Source: Octopus sinensis
Taxonomy: Eukaryota
Assembly (NCBI RefSeq): GCF_006345805.1
Contig: NC_043008.1
Location: 45,260,001 to 45,324,000, forward strand
DNA: 64,000 bases
Reading direction: 5' to 3'
The notes below the pieces were generated by a model that was given only the letters and a program-made list of their open reading frames with translations, made no database searches and was not told the origin of the DNA. This document shows, piece by piece, positions 53,980-64,000 of the stretch. Position 1 is the stretch's first letter. Each line of letters starts with the position of its first letter. The position numbers were made by a program, and so were the translations under genes.

Positions 53980-54340
53980 TAGGCGCAGGAGTGGCTGTGT
54001 GGTAAGTAGCTTGCTAACCAACCACACGGTTGCGGGTTCAGTCCCACTGTGTGGCATCTTGGGCAAGTGTCTTCTGCTATAGCCCCGGGCCGACCAATGC
54101 CTTGTGAGTGGATTTGGTAGACGGAAACTGAAAGAAGCCCGTCGTATATATGTATATATATATATGTATGTGTGTTTGTTTGTGTGTCTGTGTTTGTCCC
54201 CCTAGCATTGCTTGACAACCGATGCTGGTGTGTTTACGTCCCCGTCACTTAGCGGTTCGGCAAAAAGAGACCGATAGAATAAGTACTAAAGGTGGTGCTC
54301 CAGCATGGCCGCAGTCAAATGACTGAAACAAGTAAAAGAG
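53980..54340 (+). mobile_element. Full-length tRNA-derived SINE (family 1) with CR1-like LINE tail
   Basis: A box gtggctgtgtggt, B box ggttcagtccc, CORE-like cttgggcaagt, an internal microsatellite and tail ggtggtgctccagcatggccgcagtcaaatgactgaaac. Confidence 0.9.
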
Positions 54341-54361
54341 TATACATATATATACATATAC

Positions 54362-54395
<34 letters not shown>

Positions 54396-54715
54396 ATATA
54401 CATATATATATATACATATACATATATACATATACATATACATATATACATATACATATACATACATATATATATATATACATTTATATACATATACATA
54501 TACATATATATACATATATATATACATATATATACATATATATACATATATATATACATATATATACATATATATATACATATATATACATATATATACA
54601 TATATATACACATATATATACATATATATATATACATATATATATACATATATATATATACATATATACATATATATACATATACATATATATACATATA
54701 CATATATATATATAT

Positions 54716-54763
<48 letters not shown>

Positions 54764-54792
54764 ATATATATATATATAGATATATAGATACA

Positions 54793-55344
54793 TAACGTTT
54801 AGTGCCCCTGATTTCTTAGCGGCGATAAACGAAATAAAACACAATTCAGCAGTAGGCCCCGATAGGTTCCCTGCTTGTGTCCTGAAGATGTGTCGACACC
54901 AACTTGCATCTCCCCTTGCTAATCTGTGGAGAAATTCACTGGATGCTGGCTATATTCCAAAAAACCTTCTGTCCCAGTCTGTTGTCCCAGTTTTCAAAAA
55001 GGGAAACAAGTCCCTTGCAGTCAACTACCGTCCGATCTCACTCACCTCTCATATCATCAAGGTATTTGAGAGGGTGGTGAGATCTCGAATAACCCAATTT
55101 CTGGAAAGCAACAAACGGCTGATCTCTAACCAGCATGGGTTCCGTAATGGAAGGGACTGCCTAACGCAGCTCCTGAATCACTTTGATGACATTTTGAGAG
55201 CTTTGGGAGAGGGCTCCAACACCGATATCATCTACCTTGATTTCAGTAAGGCATTCGACAGGGTTGATCACAAGATCCTATTGAAAAAACTATCCAACAT
55301 TGGTGTCTCTGGAAAGTTACTGAAATGGATCAAAGTATCAAAGT
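54793..55344 (+). mobile_element. CR1-like family B-related internal RT fragment capped by (ATCAAAGT)2
   Basis: [35 protein letters not shown] and GKLLKWIK. Confidence 0.9.
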
Positions 55345-55534
55345 ATATACATATACATATATATATACATATATATATATATACGTATATATACATATAT
55401 ATACATATACATATATATATATAAGTATATATACATATACATATATATATACATATATATACATATACATATATATATATACATATATATACATATACAT
55501 ATATATATATACATATATATACATATACATATAT

Positions 55535-55601
55535 ACTTTGATACTTTGATAGGTTTTGGCCATTATTGGCCCAGGCCATGTCTAACTTAATAGCACCACC
55601 T
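55535..55601 (-). mobile_element. 67-bp 3' tip of a family B LINE
   Basis: Homologous to 27890-27947, with tail (ATCAAAGT)2. Confidence 0.85.
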
Positions 55602-55693
55602 ATATATACATATATATATATATACATATACATATATATATACATATACATATATATATATATATATATATACATATATATACATATACATAT

Positions 55694-56271
55694 GTGTCAA
55701 GTTGATCACAGAACTTGAGGCGATCCAACGAAGCTACACGAAGAAGATAGCCTCTATGCAGAATGTAAGCTACTGGGAAAGACTCACGAGATTAAAATTA
55801 TATTCCCTGGAGCGTAGGCGGGAAAGATATGCCATAATATACATCTGGAAGATCCTGGAGGAAGTGTCCTGAACTTTGGCATCGAGAGTTACGCAAACGC
55901 CAGAACTGGGCGCCACTGCGTGGTGCCTAGGACTCCAAACTTGCCATCAAGATGTAGGACAAGATTCTGTGATAGCCTGGGCTTCCGAGGCCCACAGCTC
56001 TTCAATATCCTCCCGATGAACCTGAGAGACCTGCATGGGGTGGATACAGATGTCTTTAAAATGGAGCTGGATCTCTTCCTGTCAGGTGTCCCAGATGAAC
56101 CAACTTCACGGCAGGAGGGGCAGATGAGGGCAGCTGCATCGAACTCTCTCATGCACCAAATAGCAGTTGCTAGAAAGCCTCCATGAAGTGAAACCAAGTA
56201 GCAACACCAAATGGCGGTGCCCCAGCATGGCCACAGCTCATAAGCTGAAACTGGAATCAACCAATCAATCA
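55694..56271 (+). mobile_element. CR1-like family A2 3' fragment with (CAAT)n tail
   Basis: [13 protein letters not shown]...[10 protein letters not shown]...PDEPTSRQE, followed by the 3' UTR. Confidence 0.92.
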
Positions 56272-56318
56272 TATACATATATATATATACATATATATAT
56301 ATATACATATATATATAT

Positions 56319-56431
56319 ACAATCAAGGAACGGCCATAATAGGCCATTCACCCACTAGAAATAACAGCCAAAAAGCTTCAACCGCTGTTATTTCTATGGT
56401 GAATGGCCTATTATGGCCGTTCCTTGATTGT
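56319..56431. repeat. Fold-back hairpin with ~48-bp arms and a 15-nt loop
   Basis: acaatcaaggaacggccataataggccattcacc...tagaaataacagc pairs with gctgttatttcta...ggtgaatggcctattatggccgttccttgattgt. Confidence 0.95.
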
Positions 56432-56647
56432 GATATTGAACTTAAAAATGGTTTATGACTATTTAATTTTTTCCCACTAGGCCGCTGGGGGCAAAAGAAT
56501 TCTACAAAATTTTTTTGCCTCCCTATATTGATTAATTATAAATATATATATATACATATATATATACATAATATATATATACATATACATATATATATAT
56601 ACATATACATATATATATATATATATATACAAATATCATATACATAC

Positions 56648-56678
<31 letters not shown>

Positions 56679-56891
56679 CATATATTTTTTTTTATAAATT
56701 TTAATTTATATTTTTCACCGGAATAGTTCAATACTGAATTTTTATTCCGACTAGACAATTTGGTACCGAAATGCATTGCGAATAAGCCCGCAATATTCAT
56801 AGATATGTAAAGATAAACATTCGTACATGCTACGACGAATTCTACGGTTGGCTATCGAGCTTGTAATGTTATGTTTTCTCTTATATTTCTT

Positions 56892-56968
56892 GAGTTTGTT
56901 GCACTGATGAACATGAAATGCATATTCTGCATTAAATGCGAAATCACATGTGATATGTAACTGAATTC
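56892..56968 (+). ncRNA. Type-I hammerhead ribozyme fold
   Basis: Stem I gagtttgttgca/tgtaac-t-gaattc; core CTGATGA at 56904-56910; stem II cat..aatgca/tgcatt..atg; GAA at 56940-56942; stem III palindrome atcacatgtgat; predicted cleavage after A56955. Confidence 0.78.
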
Positions 56969-57099
56969 TTTTTTTAAAATGATGTGTTTTGAAGTTTTGC
57001 ATTCGGTAAAATTTCGTTTATTTTTAGTAGTTTTGACCGCATTGGTCCCTCTTAGCGTGTTGGTATCTACGAATAGTAGTACCCTCAATATAATATAAA

Positions 57100-57109
57100 A
57101 TATATATAC

Positions 57110-57148
<39 letters not shown>

Positions 57149-57999
57149 CATATATATATACACATATAAATATACACATATATTTATATATACATATATC
57201 GATATATACATATATTTATATAACATATATTTATATATACATATATATATATATACATATATAGATACATATATATATATATACATATATACATATATAT
57301 ATATATACATATATACATATATACATATGTATACATATATATACATCTATATATACATATATATACATATATACATCTATATATACATATATATATATAT
57401 TACTATATATATTATACTATATAGACATACAATATATTATATATACATAATATATATATACATATATATATACATACATATATATATACATATATATACA
57501 TATACATATATATACATATATTACATATATATAACTATACATATATATACATATATATAGATATATATAATATACATGTATATATACATACATATACATA
57601 TATATACATATACATATACATATATATACTATATATATACATATACATATATATATATACATATATATATACATATATAACATATTATACATATATATAT
57701 ATACATATAATATATATATACATATATATATATACATATATATATATATACATATATATATACATACATATATATATACATATATATACATATACATATA
57801 TATACATATATATACATATATATACATATACATATATATACATATATATAGATATATATATATATACATGTATATATACATACATATACATATATATACA
57901 TATACATATACATATATATACATATATATACATATACATATATATATATACATATATATATACATATATATACATATATATACATATATATACATATAC

Positions 58000-58036
<37 letters not shown>

Positions 58037-58495
58037 CATATATATACATATATATACATACATATATATATACATATATATATACATATATACATATACT
58101 ATATATACATATACATATATATATACATATATACATATATATATATACATATATACATATATATACATAGACACTATATATATACATATACATATATATA
58201 TATACATATATATATATATACATTATATATACATATATATGATTGATTCATCAATCAATCATACATATATATACATATACATATATATACATATATATAT
58301 ACACATATACATATATATATACATATACATATATATATACATATACACTATATACATACATATATATACATATATATACATATACATATATATACATATA
58401 CACTATATATATAATATATACATATATACTATATATTACATATATACATATATATACATATACATATATATATATACATATACATATATATATAC

Positions 58496-58526
<31 letters not shown>

Positions 58527-58527
58527 C

Positions 58528-58560
<33 letters not shown>

Positions 58561-58695
58561 CATATGCATATATATATACATATGCATATATATATATATA
58601 CTATACATATATATATACATATATACATATGCATATATATATATACATATACATATATATATACATACATATACATATATATATATATATACATA
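57100..58695. repeat. ~1.6-kb complex (TA)/(TACA) array
   Basis: Directly visible, with a short tail-like island at 58239-58262. Confidence 0.96.
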
Positions 58696-59249
58696 TGATT
58701 GATTGATTGATTGATTCTAGTTTCAGCTTATGAGCTATGGCCATGCTGGGTAACCGCCATTTGGTGTTGCTACTTGGTTTCACTTCATGGAGGCTTTCTA
58801 GCAACTGCTATTTGGTGCATGAGAGAGTTCGATGCAGCTGCCCTCATCTGCCCCTCCTGCCGTGAAGTTGGTTCATCTGGGACACCTGACAGGAAGAGAT
58901 CCAGCTTCATTTTAAAGACATCTGTATCCACCCCATGCAGGTCTCTCAGGTTCTTCGGGAGGATATTGAAGAGCTATGGGCCTCGGAAGCCCAGGCTATC
59001 ACAGAATCTTGTCCTACATCTTGATGGCAGGTTTGGAGTCCTAGGCACCACGCAGTGGCGCCCAGTTCTGGCATTTGCGTAACTCTCGATGCCAAAGTTC
59101 AGGACACTTCCCTCCAGGATCTTCCAGATGTATATTATGGCATATCTTTCCCGCCTACGCTCCAGAGAATATAATTTAAATCTCTTGAGTCTTTCCCAGT
59201 AGCTTACATTCTGCATAGAGGCTATCTTCTTTGTGTAGCTTCGTTGGAT
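58696..59249 (-). mobile_element. CR1-like family A2 3' fragment with (CAAT)n tail
   Basis: Inverted close copy of 55721-56271. Confidence 0.92.
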
Positions 59250-59291
59250 ATATATATACATATACATATATATACATATACATATATATAC

Positions 59292-59325
<34 letters not shown>

Positions 59326-59435
59326 ACATATACATATATATACATATATATATATATATACATATATATACATATACATATATATACATATACATATATA
59401 TACATATACATATATATATATATACATATATATAC

Positions 59436-59468
<33 letters not shown>

Positions 59469-59663
59469 CATATATATGTATATACATATATATACATATA
59501 TATACATATATATATACATATATATGTATACATATATATATATATACAAATATATATATATAATATATATATACACATATATATTACACATATATATAAT
59601 ACACATATATATATACATATATATATATACATATATATATATACATATATACTATATATATAC

Positions 59664-59710
<47 letters not shown>

Positions 59711-59727
59711 CATATCTATATATATAC

Positions 59728-59758
<31 letters not shown>

Positions 59759-59845
59759 ACACATATATATATATACATATATATATACAATATATACATA
59801 TATATATACATATATTATATATACATATTATATATATATACATAC

Positions 59846-60310
59846 ATATGCGGTGAGATATGCGTAGAGATATGCGGTGATATACATATAGAAAATCCTG
59901 GAGTGTCTTGTCCCAATCTTTGGCATTCAAAGCTACTCCATCCGCAGAACGGGGCGCCACTGCATGGTGCCAAGGATTCCAACATCATCATCAAAATACA
60001 GGTCCAGATACTGTAACAACTTGGGTTTCAGAGGACCACAGCTCTTTAACATCCTCCCTAAATGCCTGAGAGACTTAGATGGTGTGGATGTGGGTTTCTT
60101 TAAAACTAAACTGGAGCTCTTCTTGTTGGGAGTCCCAGATGAACATACCTCACGACAGGAGACGCGGTTGCGGGCAGCAGCATCGAACTCCCTTGTTGAT
60201 CAAGTGCCACGTATCAGAGGTGGATTCACAAATTAGTGTAGCTCATTCAGCGGTGGTGCACCAGCATGGCCGCGGCCTTCGGGCTAAAACATTTTTAAGG
60301 ATTTAAGGAT
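59846..60310 (+). mobile_element. CR1-like family A3 3' fragment with (ATTTAAGG)-type tail
   Basis: [10 protein letters not shown]...LGFRGPQLFNILPK...VPDEHTSRQE, followed by the 3' UTR. Confidence 0.9.
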
Positions 60311-60441
60311 ATATTATATATATATATATATATATATACATATATATATTTACATATATATATATATATACACATATATATATATATATACACATATATA
60401 TATATATACACATATATATATATACAACATATATATATAAT

Positions 60442-60486
<45 letters not shown>

Positions 60487-60683
60487 TATATACACATATA
60501 TATATATACACATATATATATATACATATATATATATACACATATATATATATACACATATATATATATATACACATATACATATACACACATATACATA
60601 TACACACATATACATATACACATATATACATACACATATATATATACACATATATACATATATATATACACATATATATATAC

Positions 60684-60746
<63 letters not shown>

Positions 60747-60749
<3 letters not shown>

Positions 60750-61893
60750 CCAAAGCAGCCAATGGGGCCACTTCCATTAGCACGCAAATAGTGAGCGGTG
60801 TTCCGCAGGGCACTGTTTTGGGACCACTACTGTTCATAATGGCCCTCTCAGACATGCCCTCAGCCACGCAGAGAGCCACGATCACAAGTTATGTACATGA
60901 TACAAAAGTTTCACAGGCAATACAGAACCCTGAGGACACTAAGCACCTGCAATGTGAGCTGGACGAAATATACAAGTGGGCTGAAAAGAATAGCATGCAG
61001 TTCAATGCTGAAAAGTTTCAAGCTTTATACTATCAGCATGCAAAACTGAATGCAATACCCAATGAATACACTGGACCCGGAGGGATTGCAATCCCAAAGG
61101 CACAATCTGTGCGTGACCTGGGTATTCACATGAGTGATGACGCGACCTTTCATGTACATGTTGCTAAACTGACAATGAAATGTAGACGGCTGGCTGGATG
61201 GATTCTTAGAACCTTTAGAACAAGAGAACAAGAAACCATGATGGTCCTCTGGAAGACACTTGTCCTAAGCCACTTTGACTATTGCTCTCAGCTATGGTCA
61301 CCATCCAGTGTCAAGTTGATCACAGAACTTGAGGCGATCCAACGAAGCTACACGAAGAAGATAGCCTCTGTGCAGCATATGAGCTACTGGGAGAGACTCA
61401 AGAGATTAAAGCTCTATTCCCTGGAGCGTAGACGAGAAAGATATGCCATAATATATATCTGGAAGATCCTGGAAGGTCTTGCCCCAGACTTTGGCATCGA
61501 GAGTCACACAAATGCCAGAACCGGACGCCACTGCGTAGTACCAAGGACTCCAAATCTGCCATCAAGATGTAGGACAAGATATTGTGATAGCCTGGGCTTC
61601 AGAGGCCCACGGCTCTTCAATATCCTCCCGAAGAACCTGAGGGACCTGCATGGTGTAGATGCGGATGTCTTTAAAGTAGGACTGGATCTCTTCCTGTCAG
61701 GTGTCCCGGATGAACCAACTTCACGGCAGGAGGTGCAGATGAGGGCAGCTGCATCGAACTCTCTCATGCATCAGATGGCGTTTGCTAAAAAGCATCCGTG
61801 AGGTAAAACCGTTTAGCAAACCAAATGGCGGTGCCCCAGCATGGCCACAGCTCATTAGCTGAAACTGGAAAAATCAAAATTAAAATCAAAATC
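60747..61893 (+). mobile_element. CR1-like family A2 5'-truncated copy (336-aa open frame at 60791-61801) with (AAAATC)n tail
   Basis: [11 protein letters not shown], a degenerate catalytic motif YVHD in place of [14 protein letters not shown] and [10 protein letters not shown]. Confidence 0.93.
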
Positions 61894-63346
61894 ATATATA
61901 TATATACATATATATACATATATATATATACATATATATATATGATTCTAATATTGATTCATATACAACCTGCTAAATCTTTTTCACAGCACCCATAATT
62001 AGGTAAAATAGCTTGTAAGAACGAAGACAGTCCACAGGTTTGGCTCATGCTGGCTGATATAGCCCAAAGGAACAAAACAGCCTACAGAATGCAAAGGAAA
62101 AGAAAACTATGGAAACTTTATCGTGTTGTTGTCCAGCTGGGACATTAGCATTTTTTCTAGGATGCTCAATAACTAACAATTTATGATATTAAAGTAGATT
62201 TCAATATTTACCTCGACTTTTCGTCTATGATAGTGCATTGCATCAAGAGCAGACATTTAAATTTTTTCCACGAATAAGAATGTGATGAAAAAAATAAATG
62301 CGATTTTTATATTATCCATTAGTTCAAATGTTATGGCAAGAATCGATAAATCGATACATTGGCAGATAGCGAAAATGATGTAAACTTTTCCTAACAAACA
62401 TAATGCCTCAGAACACATGCATCATGACATACATGCGTGCACACGCGCAAATGCATTCATTGAAACGCACTCATGTCAACGAGTATACACACATGGACAT
62501 ACTTACACACGCACGTACCTATATCTATGTACATACATACACACGTATACAATATGCATACAACTACATTCATACATACATATATACATGCAAATACACT
62601 CAGACACAGACACATATACATACAAATACACAGACACACACAGACACATATAGAAAAATATTCCGATATGTGTGAATGTCTGCGTCTGCTCATATGAAGC
62701 TATACAAAACTATACTAGGAAGTAGAGAAACACAGACTCCAGATCAATAGAACATAGTGTAGGTCATATCGCCCTGGTTATATTAATTTATTGACGGCAA
62801 ACCAAAGAAATAATAAATAACGAGCAAAATTTTTCAATTGTTTTTAAAAGACAATCTTTCAACGTTTAAATGGTTGTAAAAAAGTTCATTAGCTCAGACA
62901 AATAGTAGCAATGTTCTTGATAGCAGCAGCAACAACAACAACACAGCATATTCAGTCATAGATTTCCAAATCCTTATGTACACATGCAATTGCATATAAT
63001 TATTAGTTCATGACCATTGCGTCCTCTCCAATAAGATATCTTAATTATCGATCCTTCATCTAATATAAAACAGAATTTGTATTTGTTGTGGTTTGTTTAG
63101 AGGAGACTAACATCAATTAAAACGGATTAACGAACGCGAATGAATAGTACTTAAATTATCGTCACCCGAAATACAGAACTTAACGTCAAATCCCACAACA
63201 TAAGAACTAAAAACGCACCTGGACGCCGATAAATACCTCTCGGTACTTTCTACAAAATGTGTGTGTGTGTGTGTGTGTGTGTGTGGTGTGGTGTAGGCTG
63301 TATGTATGTGTGCGTGTAGATATGTATATACAAGCTTGAAATATAT

Positions 63347-63903
63347 GTTTCTTTATTAGCCACACAGGGTTGCACACAGACGGGACAGATTACAAAGTAG
63401 AGTTTTTCTTTTTGGGGAGAAAAATAAATGTTGGGTAGGTTTTCGATCAAAAGGGATCGTAAAAGGGAAAGAAAGTAAAAAAGGGAAAGAAAAAAAAGAA
63501 AAAATGATCAATAGGGATCGTGTATCACAGAAATGTCATGATGTAAAGTGTAAAGGGGGAAGCAGATAAGGTTTATCCGTGGAGAGAAAAGCCTACGGAA
63601 AAGACCACGGTAACCTCGGTCAATAATGTTACATGTTACCACATTTGTTGCAAGTAGGTAACCCTCTGTTTTAAATTTTCCCGGGTTCATAGGATTATGC
63701 TCAAGGTGGCTTCGTCATTCATACGTGCCATCCTTGCAACATTCACCCATCTTTTTTAGAAACATTCGCTAGATAAAACTTGCCTCTCTACTCTCACTTT
63801 CCTTTTCAAGTGGTACTTGAAGAAGTTGAGAGATTGACCAGAGAGGAAAGTGTTTGTTTCCAATCCTTTCAGACGCATCCACCAGATACATTCTTTCGCC
63901 ATG
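63347..63903 (-). mobile_element. 3' end of a Tx1/L1-like LINE
   Basis: MAKECIWWMRLKGL...FFKYHLKRKVRVER...KRWV resembles Tx1/L1 ORF2 C-termini. A pyrimidine-rich 3' UTR ends ccctgtgtggctaataaagaaa. Confidence 0.6.
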
Positions 63904-64000
63904 AATATATATGTCCGTGTGCGTATGTGTGCATATGTGAGTACGAACAAGATGAGTAATCAGTTGTTCGTTCAACTGAATTACCTGTTCAATGAATTAA

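Noticed and set aside
53980-54050. tRNA genes at SINE heads
   Set aside because: A and B boxes are present but there is no full cloverleaf, and each continues into a SINE body.
7342-60885. Numerous Tyr/Ile/His-rich ORFs up to about 290 aa
   Set aside because: These are translations of (TA)n-type arrays, which lack stop codons; they are not genes.

Overview
Gene-poor, repeat-saturated animal DNA. The SINE families, RTE/CR1 LINEs and very large complex (TA)n arrays suggest a coleoid cephalopod such as Octopus; this is recognition from memory, not verified. No host exon could be supported. Contents: an RTE-clade LINE with an open 1052-codon EN-RT ORF; many CR1-like LINE pieces from two families, the younger ones all lying inside (TA)n arrays; a 2.7-kb non-autonomous LTR element with 593-bp LTRs, a 4-bp TSD and a tRNA-Trp PBS; a non-autonomous Helitron; Chapaev3-like, mariner and Tc1 relics; several tRNA-derived SINEs; and a Tx1/L1-like 3' end. 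Signals beyond ordinary annotation: two type-I hammerhead ribozyme folds with palindromic stem III (42807-42847 and 56892-56968), both with an A.C mismatch at the base of stem II; a covarying 3' stem-loop shared by both CR1-like families and a SINE; LINE insertions with a 3' tail at both ends; a cross-family LINE chimera; and several short inverted duplications or hairpins. All alignments and folds were done by eye and element boundaries are approximate.
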